A stretch of DNA of 64,000 nt from Bacteroidales bacterium M2. Its GTDB lineage: Bacteria; Bacteroidota; Bacteroidia; Bacteroidales; Muribaculaceae. Position 1 is the first letter of the stretch, and each line of letters opens with the position of its first letter. A program made the position numbers and the translations under genes. Below, one piece after another: positions 28,646-38,352 of this stretch. Where the stretch lies: assembly GCA_001689415.1 (NCBI GenBank), contig LUJM01000014.1:15359-79358 (forward strand), in the 5' to 3' direction. Under the pieces are notes generated by a model that made no database searches, was not told the DNA's origin, and was given only the letters and a program-made list of their open reading frames with translations.

Positions 28646-31417
28646 TTATCTAATCGATACCTTGCGCGATCCTTCGGGGCTTACGATAATGAAGAGTCCG
28701 GCTGAGGGCAATTCGATTTCGGCAACACCCGCGGCATCGGTAAGGGCATTTGCAATCGTAATACCGGCAAGTGATACCACGCTTACATTCTGCCCGGCGG
28801 CTCCGCGATATATCACGCTGCGACCGGCCACGCTGATATTGCCACCCGAAACAATAGTCTCGCCTACGCCCGATGTGAAATCGAGAGCCACGGTGTTCGA
28901 CGGCTTCGAATAACGGCTCTCAGCATCGATACCTTCTACAAAGAATCTGAGGGCAGTAGACTCGGCTGGAACGTCGACTGTATATGTCAGGGCCTCGCCA
29001 ACATCTTGACGGCTTAGAATCGGTGTAAATGTACGTGCAATGGTGCTTACCGCAACATTGTCAAGGCCTACATTGCCGCCTCCGGCCGGCTTGGTATACA
29101 CGAATCGAAGCTGATGCATACCCTCAGGAACATCTACACTGAGTGTCGCTCCCTTGCCTTCGTATTTATTCACATTGTTTTCAACGAGAATCTGAGTCCA
29201 TTCTGCATCTGCGTTTTCACGCGCCTCAACCGTAAATACCGACTTGATACCGGCCGAGGTGCTGTTACCTACGAGCCAAAACGATACATGAGTTATCTCG
29301 CTTGCATACACTTCCGAAGTTAGTGTGGCCTTGTCCTTGGCAAATTTAAGCACGGGGGCACCGGATGCGATAAGTGCTACAGGGGTAGTAGTAGATTTGT
29401 AGATATCGGTTGCACGACCCGACCACTGCCAGTTTGCAGGGATTGCGAGCTTATCGTCGCGACCGAAGTCATGCGTTTCAGTCTTTGTTCCACCTGCTGT
29501 CTCGCTTTCAACAGTAAGGGCATACTTGCGAGCTCCCGAGAGAGATTCCCAACTTAGCACGGCCTTGTCTCCCCGGCGCACTGCACTGAGCGCTACCGGA
29601 CGAAGATATATGAAATCTATAGTGGGAGTTGTAATTGTAGCTTCAGGAGAATATTCCGAATGCTGACGGCCATTTACCGCCCTCACTTTTACCGCATAAT
29701 CGCGTTCTCCGGCAACACCGGTGAGCAGGTATTCTGTCACATTGCCGACTGCAAAGTCGGTATAGGCACCGAAAGGCTCGCCTTCGCAGCTTACGGCGAG
29801 TTCATAGTCAATGGCCTGAGGCACGGCCTTCCACGATATGCGAATAGTACCGTCGTTGCGGGCTTCAAGCACCGGGGCGGCCGGCGTTTCGAAATCGATA
29901 TGTCCGCCACAAACATTGAAGCTGACTATACCGTTCGACTCTGAAATATCGGTAATCGGGTAATCAATTGCGACTCCGGCCCAAGTACGAAGGGCCGGAT
30001 ATGTATCGGCTGTGAGCGATGTCACATTCTTGCGGCCGGGAAACGAATAAGTATCAAGGTGAATGGGATTGTAATTATCATCCACCGAAGCGTCTGCATA
30101 ACCTCCGGCCTCTACGATATCCACGCCGATATTAAAGCCGCGACGTGGCACATTGGGCTCGTTGTTGTCCCAGATTGTCTGGTTGAAACTGATATGCCAT
30201 ACCAACAAGCCGTGGCCGGGAAGATAGCTGTCCCAGCCGTCTTTCTGACGGTTCTCGACTACAAAGAACTCATTGTCGAGATTGGTAGGTATGATATAAG
30301 CCTTGTTGCTTTTGGTGAGTGATTCGAGCGATATACTCTCCGGGCCTACAAACTCTTCGGGGAACATCCACCCCATTGCATTGCGCTCTACTGCCGAGTA
30401 GTTCGGGGGCGTACGACCGTCGTCATTATACGTGCCATAGTCCATGAGGTCCCAGGAACTTGGAGTGCTTAGGTCATAGGTATCATCTGTATTGTAAAGG
30501 TCGGGGAGACCAAGTACATGCGAAAATTCGTGGCAGAATGTTGCGATACCGTTGGTTGTATCTGTGGGCTTGGTAGGCGACGGAGGTGTTATCTCGTTGG
30601 CACACGCATAGCCGTAGAGGCGTTTGCCGTCGAATTCATAATACTCGTTGTAGAATTCGAAAGCATGAGGCCACACGGTATTGGGGTCGTCGTAGTCAGC
30701 CTCGCCGTAGCCTGCGTATATTACAAATACATTATCGATATTGCCGTTATCATCGAGGTCGTACTGCGAATAATCGATTTCGTCGTCGAAAGCCTGAACA
30801 GCCTCAAGAATCATTTCGCCTGCGCGGGCGTCATTGTTTCCGCCGTAGTACGACATCCTGTTCTTGAGCGTTATTGGGCCGTAGACTTCAAAGGTGGGGT
30901 CGTACAAGCCTTGCGACTGCTCCAGGAAATAATCGCGAGCAGAACCTCGCGCCCCGTCCTCGTTGAAACCGGGTTCGTTGAGCTGGCGGGTAAAATATTC
31001 TTTAGGGTCGGAAAGACGGAACTTGACATCGGTAAATTCTACCAGAAACACAAGTCCCTTGCTCTTGCCTGTACGGGGAAACGGCGCTGAGAAATGTCCG
31101 ATTCCATGATACTTCGAACCGGTTACCGGCGATACATTATTGCTACGGCTAAGCTGCCGGCGACGTTGATATGCCTGTTTCTTCACAGCCTTGATTGCAT
31201 CGTCATCGGCAACTCTGAGTTTGCCGTCGGCATTGCGGAGCATAGTACTTCCGTCGGCGCTTACATAGTAATGTCCAAACTCGTCGCCAACTTTCATGGC
31301 AGTCACTGTTGTGCCGTCGGCGTGGGTATAAGTACGATAGACTCGTTTGGCGGGAATGGCGGTGGCCGTCATCACTCCCATAAGCACAACTGCAGCAATA
31401 GTCAGTAGTTTTCTCAT
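28646..31417 (-). CDS. M6 family (immune inhibitor A-like) metalloprotease with FN3 domains, T9SS cargo
   Basis: Signal peptide; HEFSHVLGLPDLY, WDLMDYG, ENRQKDGWDSYLPGHGLLVWH; FN3-like segments; C-terminus SGV...SLAG...GLFII...RKVSIR. Confidence 0.92.
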   Translation of the reverse strand: MRKLLTIAAVVLMGVMTATAIPAKRVYRTYTHADGTTVTAMKVGDEFGHYYVSADGSTMLRNADGKLRVADDDAIKAVKKQAYQRRRQLSRSNNVSPVTGSKYHGIGHFSAPFPRTGKSKGLVFLVEFTDVKFRLSDPKEYFTRQLNEPGFNEDGARGSARDYFLEQSQGLYDPTFEVYGPITLKNRMSYYGGNNDARAGEMILEAVQAFDDEIDYSQYDLDDNGNIDNVFVIYAGYGEADYDDPNTVWPHAFEFYNEYYEFDGKRLYGYACANEITPPSPTKPTDTTNGIATFCHEFSHVLGLPDLYNTDDTYDLSTPSSWDLMDYGTYNDDGRTPPNYSAVERNAMGWMFPEEFVGPESISLESLTKSNKAYIIPTNLDNEFFVVENRQKDGWDSYLPGHGLLVWHISFNQTIWDNNEPNVPRRGFNIGVDIVEAGGYADASVDDNYNPIHLDTYSFPGRKNVTSLTADTYPALRTWAGVAIDYPITDISESNGIVSFNVCGGHIDFETPAAPVLEARNDGTIRISWKAVPQAIDYELAVSCEGEPFGAYTDFAVGNVTEYLLTGVAGERDYAVKVRAVNGRQHSEYSPEATITTPTIDFIYLRPVALSAVRRGDKAVLSWESLSGARKYALTVESETAGGTKTETHDFGRDDKLAIPANWQWSGRATDIYKSTTTPVALIASGAPVLKFAKDKATLTSEVYASEITHVSFWLVGNSTSAGIKSVFTVEARENADAEWTQILVENNVNKYEGKGATLSVDVPEGMHQLRFVYTKPAGGGNVGLDNVAVSTIARTFTPILSRQDVGEALTYTVDVPAESTALRFFVEGIDAESRYSKPSNTVALDFTSGVGETIVSGGNISVAGRSVIYRGAAGQNVSVVSLAGITIANALTDAAGVAEIELPSAGLFIIVSPEGSRKVSIR

Positions 31418-31470
31418 GGTCTTTATTTTTAGGTCTGCAGGCAGTTGCCTGCAGTTGTTGGTCTATGTTT

Positions 31471-32199
31471 TCACTGTGCGCTTTCGGCAATCTCGCCGGG
31501 ATGCTTCTCAAAATATTGGCGAAGTAACTCGCTGATATTAAAATAGTATCCTTTCGGACTTTGCGAATCTGCCGTCTTCACCTCTATGTAATCGTAGTGT
31601 GGAGGCTCGAATCGTTGACTGGTTGCTATATGCTTCGACAGATTCAGGAAGTCGTACTCATGTTGTGGATAAACCACGACAAAGGCGTTGGCAGCATCAA
31701 CCCCGGTACCCGACGCGGCAATTACAAGCAAGAGGTGATTGAGCTTATACTGCCATATTTTGGCAAGGTCGTATTTGCCGTTCTGCTCGTATACATATAT
31801 GCGGTTGGTTAGCTGGCGCAGGTCTACAGGGTTGTCGTCAAGAACCTGCAATGCATAGTCAAGCATCTTGCCGCGGTCGGCGCGTGTGCGCTTTTCCTTG
31901 GCGTAGATAGGCATTAGCTCCTGAAGCAAGGCCGCATTGGGGGCTTCGCGGTAGGGGTCATAATCTTCCTGAAACATCGTTCCATAATAGAAGTACTGGA
32001 AGTCGGTATCTGTCATGGTAGTGTCGTTGGCATTGAAGGCCTTGAGCAATTTCGGATAATAATATCGCGAATTCTCGTCTATACTAGCCTTGGCTATGGC
32101 ATCCATATCGGGCGGCCCGAGCTCGGCGCGGGCATTGGACTTGGCACTTGCACAAATACTCATTGCAAGACCTATGGCTGCGATAATGATACGTTTCAT
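31471..32199 (-). CDS. Exported DUF4919-like protein
   Basis: Start re-assigned to MKRIIIAAIGLAM (signal peptide); YYYPKLL, FYYGTMFQEDYDPY, SGTG...AFVV...HEY. Confidence 0.75.
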   Translation of the reverse strand: MKRIIIAAIGLAMSICASAKSNARAELGPPDMDAIAKASIDENSRYYYPKLLKAFNANDTTMTDTDFQYFYYGTMFQEDYDPYREAPNAALLQELMPIYAKEKRTRADRGKMLDYALQVLDDNPVDLRQLTNRIYVYEQNGKYDLAKIWQYKLNHLLLVIAASGTGVDAANAFVVVYPQHEYDFLNLSKHIATSQRFEPPHYDYIEVKTADSQSPKGYYFNISELLRQYFEKHPGEIAESAQ

Positions 32200-32681
32200 A
32201 GGACCGATGCGATTGTTAATGCCGCCATCGACACTGCCACCACTGAAGGCAGCCCTTTGGCGCACAGATATTGAACAAATGCTGACGATGATACGGCAAT
32301 ACGCGGGCCTTTGGGCGTGCGCATAAACGCAAACGTTCCCAGAAATGCGCCAACGGCGCCTCCAAGAATAATTGCCGAGGCTACCGGTGCTACGAGATAA
32401 CCAAGTACAACACCTACCACTGTTCCGCCTGCTACATATGAATGTCCCTGGCGCACTCCGGTCAAAGCCTTGGGCTGCAAGAAGCCAAGGCCGAGTACAA
32501 TCAACGTAGCCACGCACCAGAATATTAAAACTTTCGATTCGAAGTAAGGAATTCCGGCAAAGTGCATGCTCAATATTGAGGCAAAGGCACAAACCACTGC
32601 CGGAAAGCGAGGTACGAAAGCACCGCCAACGCCGATGCCGGCAAGCACTAACGCAATTATTTCAAGTAAACTTAAATTCAT
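32196..32681 (-). CDS. DUF456-like membrane protein
   Basis: Hydrophobic; GIGVGGAFVPRFP, GGTVVGVVLG, ILGGAVGAFLG. Confidence 0.7.
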   Translation of the reverse strand: MNLSLLEIIALVLAGIGVGGAFVPRFPAVVCAFASILSMHFAGIPYFESKVLIFWCVATLIVLGLGFLQPKALTGVRQGHSYVAGGTVVGVVLGYLVAPVASAIILGGAVGAFLGTFAFMRTPKGPRIAVSSSAFVQYLCAKGLPSVVAVSMAALTIASVL

Positions 32682-32698
32682 AACTCACAAATTTAATG

Positions 32699-32746
32699 AA
32701 AAAACGCCAAAAAGAGCGAGACTTTACACTCTTTTTGGCATTTTTT
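32699..32746 (-). terminator. Terminator after LRR gene
   Basis: GCCAAAAAGAG/CTCTTTTTGGC stem flanked by A and T tracts. Confidence 0.7.
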
Positions 32747-32801
32747 AAGTTATTTAATTCAGTAGACTACCTGATTTGGGACTGAGTCTATATTCTCATT
32801 T

Positions 32802-35036
32802 TCAATACAACATAACCTTTGCTGTGCGCTTGCCTCGGCGCTCGATATAGATGCCTTTGCCGGGTTTATCTACGCGTACACCCTGAAGGTTGTAATATAA
32901 TGGTGATGCCATTTCTATATCTACATCTTCGATACCGCTTGTCTCGCCAAAGTACTGTACGGCTACCCTATTCTTAAGTTCATATACAGCCCAGTACTTG
33001 CCAAGGGCAATGCTTACGTCGCTTGAAAGGCAATGGTTGTGCTCTCGCTCATAGCTACTGTCATAGATGATAATCTGACCATAGTCTGCCTCTGTAAGAC
33101 TTACAAGCGAGTTAATCATCGCTGTCATATTGGCTCCGGTGATATTATTGCCATAGCATTGCACATGGCGCAACTGCGGGCACGACGAGAAGTCGAGTGA
33201 GGCAAGGTTGTTGCCATAGATATTGAGGGTCTTAAGATTGATACTATACGACAGGTCAAGGCTGGTAAGTTCGCATGCCACCATCATAAAGTATGTAAGG
33301 TGGGGTAGCTTGGTGATATCGACTGTAGCAAGATCGCAGAGAGCGCCCTGGATTTCGGTAAAGTCGCCATACACACGAAATTCCTTGCCGGGTGTCACAG
33401 ACAGCTGGAGCGCACGACCTGTCCATTGCTGAATCTCGGCTCCTTCAACCACCGGCATCTGGCTTTCCGACACATTAGCTCCGGCAAATTCTATCTGTAC
33501 CTGCGTTGCAGTAACTGTAGTACCGGCGAAATAAGGTGTAACTTCGTCGCCGCCGGGTTCGCTGCCTTCATACTTCTTGCCCATGCCGTAGTTACCTCCA
33601 CCGAAGTAATCCCATACACCCCAGCCTTTTTCTTTAGCTATTGCAACATCGGTAGTGGTAGCAACGTTATGCTCCGTTGTTGATTCGGTATCGATGATGC
33701 GGAGAATTCCATCCTTAGAGCTTGGCAATGACCGCATGAAGTTTGTCATAGCACTCCCCAAAAGGGCATTGTCGTAAATATTAATCTGACTAAGGGATGT
33801 ACAGCCTTGAACTGTTGCAGTCTTAAGATTATTCTTATGTGCGTTGAGAGTGGTCAGTGTGGTGCAGTTAACTACACTCAAATATTCAATATTATTATCT
33901 GAGCAGCTGAGTTTGGTAAGTACAGGAGTGCCGAAAAAGCTGATTGAAGAAAGGTCGTTACCGTCGCAACCAAGCTCGGTTACATCGCCTACTATAGTCA
34001 CTGTCTGCGATGCGATTGTATATTCGATAGCTTTGTCTGTTCCTACCTTGACCGGCTCGTTAAGGCCTTCTACGCGGATATCACCCGACGATTTAAGCTG
34101 AAGCGAAATCTTGTCGCCTACATTGCGCGTAGTTTTAAGGCTTATCTGATGCTTTTCGTTCACTGTGGGCTCCACATCGTAACCATAGTATACCTTACCT
34201 ATCATACCGTTGCCTACCTCGCCGTCATACCAGTCGAGCACGCCCCAGTCCTTGCGGTCGTGAAGCAAGGCTACATTAGCGGCTGAGCAACGGTTACCGT
34301 CGGCCGGGTCAAGTGTGTTGACTATATAGAGAGCATAAAACGTCGAGCCTGTTGGCTTGGCGATAGTCTCACAAAAAGCATCCATATCTGCTCCGGCGAT
34401 ATTGTTGCCGAAAATTTGCAGCCAATCTATTTTATCGTTGACCGACAGGTCTACAAACTCAAATCTATTATTATTGAGTTTCAACGTTTTGAGACCGGCA
34501 CAACCATCGAGCTCGATTTCGCTCAACAGATTGTGGCTAAGGTCGAGTTCTTCGAGCACGGGCTGAACGCCGACCACTACGGTGTGGAGCTTGTTGTCCG
34601 ACAGAAGCACTCGCTCAAGCTTTGTATTTGAGGCAAGGTTGATTGCCTCTAAATTATTGCCGTGGGCATCGAGGTTGACCAGCTCGGGGCATGTACTCAG
34701 ATCGATAGCCGACAACTTGTTGTTATAGCACTTGAGTATAAACAAATCCTTTTCTCCCTCGATTTTAAGAGAGGTCAGCTGATTGCCGTAAACCTCAAGC
34801 TGTGTCAGATTACCTTTCACTGTGATAGTAGAGCCGGCTGCCTTAGACAAATATATGCCATACTCGCCGGTCCAGTCGGCTCCTTCGACAGTAACATCAT
34901 CTACAAACGAAGGATAGATACGCAATCTGGTGCCGGCCGGGGCATCGGTGGTCATTGTCACTGTCTGGGCTACGGTGCCGATTCCGGTAAAAGCCGCAAG
35001 TCCCACAAGGGCTGCGCGAAGTAATTGTTTCATCAT
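32802..35036 (-). CDS. Leucine-rich-repeat surface protein, T9SS cargo
   Basis: Signal peptide; LxxLxCxNNxL repeats; short CTD SGIEDV...YYNLQGVRVDKPGKGIYI...KVMLY. Confidence 0.9.
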   Translation of the reverse strand: MMKQLLRAALVGLAAFTGIGTVAQTVTMTTDAPAGTRLRIYPSFVDDVTVEGADWTGEYGIYLSKAAGSTITVKGNLTQLEVYGNQLTSLKIEGEKDLFILKCYNNKLSAIDLSTCPELVNLDAHGNNLEAINLASNTKLERVLLSDNKLHTVVVGVQPVLEELDLSHNLLSEIELDGCAGLKTLKLNNNRFEFVDLSVNDKIDWLQIFGNNIAGADMDAFCETIAKPTGSTFYALYIVNTLDPADGNRCSAANVALLHDRKDWGVLDWYDGEVGNGMIGKVYYGYDVEPTVNEKHQISLKTTRNVGDKISLQLKSSGDIRVEGLNEPVKVGTDKAIEYTIASQTVTIVGDVTELGCDGNDLSSISFFGTPVLTKLSCSDNNIEYLSVVNCTTLTTLNAHKNNLKTATVQGCTSLSQINIYDNALLGSAMTNFMRSLPSSKDGILRIIDTESTTEHNVATTTDVAIAKEKGWGVWDYFGGGNYGMGKKYEGSEPGGDEVTPYFAGTTVTATQVQIEFAGANVSESQMPVVEGAEIQQWTGRALQLSVTPGKEFRVYGDFTEIQGALCDLATVDITKLPHLTYFMMVACELTSLDLSYSINLKTLNIYGNNLASLDFSSCPQLRHVQCYGNNITGANMTAMINSLVSLTEADYGQIIIYDSSYEREHNHCLSSDVSIALGKYWAVYELKNRVAVQYFGETSGIEDVDIEMASPLYYNLQGVRVDKPGKGIYIERRGKRTAKVMLY

Positions 35037-35284
35037 AGTCTTAAGCTACAGGTTCTAAATGATTAAATCATCGCAAAAATAGCTAATATTTCATTCCAAA
35101 GCTATAGTTGACGTAAAAATAATACTAAAAAGTTAGAACTATCGCCATTTTTCTCCCAAATTGCTCCGTTTACAAAGCCCAAGCTAAAACCATAATTTTT
35201 GTCCCATGCGCTGAGATTTAGCGAAGCTTCTCTCAAGAAAGCCCAGCAAAGCCCCTATTAGACCTATAAGCCCAATCCCAATAT

Positions 35285-35323
35285 AAAAAGCCCCCGGAGA
35301 AGGCACAACCTCTCCGAGGACTT
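35285..35323 (-). terminator. Terminator after PL9-like gene
   Basis: CGGAGA.GG/CC.TCTCCG stem with T tract on minus strand. Confidence 0.6.
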
Positions 35324-35350
35324 GTACTTATCTATAGACCGACCGGTCAG

Positions 35351-36781
35351 TTAGCGTACATAAACCTTCTTAGAACCACGCACATAGATACCTTGTGAAG
35401 GATTCTCTACAGGCACTCCGCTGAGGGTATAGTAGTGACCCTCCCCCCCTACCGAAGCCTCAAGGTCGTCGAGGCCGGCTGATGTATCAAACTTGTAGCC
35501 AACGCCCATAGCTTTGAGGGGCGATGTCTCGCGAAGTTTGAGGAATGTGATTTCGGGCAGAGAACCATCTGCTTTGCGCGGACGGAGCAACTGGCTTGAA
35601 TCAAGGCTCTCGAAATCTGAATCTGAAACCGATACCGAAGGCAGGAACGTATTATTCTCCAATATGCACAAATCCATATTGATATTAACACAATTGGCAT
35701 CAGCAAGAGTCGGTTTGTACGACAGATTGTTGCGCAGGTGGTGCTCATAGCCATCAACATCCACAGCCTCTTCTATCGACTTACGGTTGACCATGTTGAA
35801 GTTACGCTTGTTGCGGTACGAGGTATTATTGCTGAAATCGAGACCGCCGAGGTGGTGGTTAGCATAGAATCCGGCCTGCTTGTTTGACCACGCTAGGCAG
35901 TTTGTAACCACGTTGCGAGGTGCGATTGTTCCGGCTTTTACTGTTGATTTCATACCAAAACCGCCTGATTTGAAACCTGTACCGTCGCCTCGTGATACGC
36001 GGTCGGCATCGTAGCCGTTTTCCCATGCCCAGCAGTTCTCTATTGTCACCGCCGCGTGGTTGTTGATCAAGTCGTAGCCGTCATCGCTATTGCGCCATGC
36101 GCGGCATCCGTAAATCCTATTGCCTGTATAGTTGGTATTATTGAGGTGGAAACCGAATCCGTCGCAGTTACCGCCTGCGCCGCCTTCTGATACAGGGTCG
36201 TAGTTATTGTATGCATCGCAATTCTTCACCAGGTTGTTAGAGCCTCGGGTAGCATATACGCCGATACCCATACCGTCGTGCATGTTCACTCGCTCGATTA
36301 TACAGTTCGAACCGCCGAAAAGACCCACGTTTATACTCTGTGTATGACCGGTCTGTGTCACCTGTATGCCTACGATATCGAAATCGCGAAGGTGCCAGTA
36401 GTTGCCCTTAAGATAGAAACCGCACACGCGGGCTTCGCGCTTAACTTCCGATAGGTCGATAGTTACCTTCTCGCCGGGCACACCGCTGATAGTTATTGGC
36501 TTACCTGCTGCGCCGCTGGTGGCGAGGTTGTACACACAGTCGTAGGCTCCCTCAGCGCCTTCGCGCATAATATCATTCTGTGCAGGCTTGTGAGTTCCGC
36601 CAAGAAGCCAAATGGTATCACCGGCGCGGGCCGATTCGATTGCCTTGCGGATTGTGCCGTAAGGGGTGGCCTGCTGGCCGTTGTTGCTGTCGCTGCCGGT
36701 AGGGGATACATAGTACTCGGCTGCAGATACCGGCATCAGCGCCGACAAAAACAATGCTGTAAAAATTATAAGCTTTCTCAT
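35351..36781 (-). CDS. Polysaccharide lyase family 9-like beta-helix protein, T9SS cargo
   Basis: YYVSPTGSDSNNG, NCDAYNNYD, GNCDGFG, CRAWRNSDDGYD, GDGTGFKSGG; short CTD YYTLSGVPVENPSQGIYV. Confidence 0.85.
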   Translation of the reverse strand: MRKLIIFTALFLSALMPVSAAEYYVSPTGSDSNNGQQATPYGTIRKAIESARAGDTIWLLGGTHKPAQNDIMREGAEGAYDCVYNLATSGAAGKPITISGVPGEKVTIDLSEVKREARVCGFYLKGNYWHLRDFDIVGIQVTQTGHTQSINVGLFGGSNCIIERVNMHDGMGIGVYATRGSNNLVKNCDAYNNYDPVSEGGAGGNCDGFGFHLNNTNYTGNRIYGCRAWRNSDDGYDLINNHAAVTIENCWAWENGYDADRVSRGDGTGFKSGGFGMKSTVKAGTIAPRNVVTNCLAWSNKQAGFYANHHLGGLDFSNNTSYRNKRNFNMVNRKSIEEAVDVDGYEHHLRNNLSYKPTLADANCVNINMDLCILENNTFLPSVSVSDSDFESLDSSQLLRPRKADGSLPEITFLKLRETSPLKAMGVGYKFDTSAGLDDLEASVGGEGHYYTLSGVPVENPSQGIYVRGSKKVYVR

Positions 36782-36798
36782 AAGTATTTGGTATTAGA

Positions 36799-36829
36799 AA
36801 GGGGCGTTCCGAGGTTCGGGACGCCCCTT
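36799..36829 (-). terminator. Strong hairpin closing the nuo-atp operon
   Basis: AAGGGGCGTTCCGA/TCGGGACGCCCCTT inverted repeat 25 nt after nuoN stop; short T tail. Confidence 0.65.
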
Positions 36830-36853
36830 AAATTATCATTGATTCAAAGCCAA

Positions 36854-38332
36854 TCAACCGATAAAGAATGCATTCATCTGGCTGGTGGCTGTGAGATCGA
36901 GCAACGAGCTATAGAAGTAGCTTACAATACCCAGTACGAGGATACCGCCTACGGTAATCCAAAGTCCGAGACGCTCGCTGAATGCCGAACGGAAGTTGGC
37001 AATCTTGCATTCATCCTCGCTGATAAACATCGCTTTTACTACAAGAAGGTAGTAGTAGAGCGACACGATAGTATTGATCAACGCGATAAGCACAAGCACG
37101 TAGATTGCAACCGAACCCTGGTTGATAGCTCCGGTGAAGATGAAGAACTTCGAGAAGAAGCCTGCAAACGGGGGAATACCGGCGAGTGAGAACATTGCGA
37201 GCATCATAGCTACCGACAGACGCGGATTGGTCTTGTAAAGACCCTTGTAGTCGTCCATCGATACTTTGCCGCTTGCATTCTCGATTGCGCCAATCACACC
37301 GAAGGCGGCAAGGTTCGAGAAGATGTATACAAGCACGTAGTACATCAGCGCGGCAACACCCATGGCATTATAAGCGATTACACCAAGCATGATATAACCG
37401 GCCTGCGAAATCGACGAGAACGCCAGGAAACGCTTCATATTGCGCTGGCGGATTGCGAAGAGGTTACCTATGGTGATTGTAAGGATGATGAGCGCATAGA
37501 GCATCCACTCCCATACCTGTGAGTAAAGTGCGCCGAAAACCTGGCTAAGAACTACCAGGAACGCAAAAGCGGTGGCGCCCTTCGAGATTACCGACAAATA
37601 CGATGTAACCGAGGTGGGGGCACCCTGATATACATCGGCGGTCCAGAGGTGGAAGGGTACAAGCGATAGCTTGAAGCCGATACCGGCGATCACAAATGCG
37701 ATTGCCATAATCAGCAGCAGGCTCTGCTGAGAGGTGAGTGCAAAATAGATGTCGTTGAAGTACATCGAGCCGGTCAGACCATAGACAAACGACAGACCCA
37801 TCATAAAGATTGCCGACGAGAACACTGCGGTGAGGATATATTTCACTGCGGCTTCGTGGCTCTCGTAGCGGTTCTTGTCGAGTGCTACCATGGCTGCAAG
37901 CGGAAGTGAGGCACTTTCGAGGCCGATGATAAACAGCAGGAAGTGACGGCCCGAAATCATCAGGTACATGCCGAAGAGTGTTACAAGCAGTAGCTCGTAG
38001 AACTCGCCGCGACGCATGGTCATCGCTTCGCTGTTTGTCCATTTGATTGACTGTATAAGCACTATCACAACACCTACATTCAGGATATTCTTGATAGCGG
38101 CAATTACCGGAGAGGTTACATACATGCCCGCAAATGCCGATGTATCGCAGCACGGTGCAAGACAGCTGCTGCAGAAACCACCGAGGGTAACAAGCAGCAT
38201 CAGTACTGTGCTAAAGACGGGCAGACTTTTCTGAGCCCCTCGTGGCATGAAGGTGTCGTAGAGGAACACCAGCAGGAAAACGACCAGCAGGCCGATTTCT
38301 TGCTTCATAGCTAAAAATTGTGAGTAATCCAT
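36854..38332 (-). CDS. nuoN: Complex I subunit N
   Basis: EAAVKY, GFKLSLVPFHLWTADVYQGAP, KRFLAFSSISQAGY, SLAGIPPFAGFFSK. Confidence 0.96.
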   Translation of the reverse strand: MDYSQFLAMKQEIGLLVVFLLVFLYDTFMPRGAQKSLPVFSTVLMLLVTLGGFCSSCLAPCCDTSAFAGMYVTSPVIAAIKNILNVGVVIVLIQSIKWTNSEAMTMRRGEFYELLLVTLFGMYLMISGRHFLLFIIGLESASLPLAAMVALDKNRYESHEAAVKYILTAVFSSAIFMMGLSFVYGLTGSMYFNDIYFALTSQQSLLLIMAIAFVIAGIGFKLSLVPFHLWTADVYQGAPTSVTSYLSVISKGATAFAFLVVLSQVFGALYSQVWEWMLYALIILTITIGNLFAIRQRNMKRFLAFSSISQAGYIMLGVIAYNAMGVAALMYYVLVYIFSNLAAFGVIGAIENASGKVSMDDYKGLYKTNPRLSVAMMLAMFSLAGIPPFAGFFSKFFIFTGAINQGSVAIYVLVLIALINTIVSLYYYLLVVKAMFISEDECKIANFRSAFSERLGLWITVGGILVLGIVSYFYSSLLDLTATSQMNAFFIG

Positions 38333-38352
38333 TGCAATTTATACTGAGGGGT

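Noticed and set aside
31471..32592. 373-aa ORF as listed in the track
   Set aside because: The N-terminal ~130 codons overlap the DUF456-like gene; the credible start is the signal peptide at 32199.
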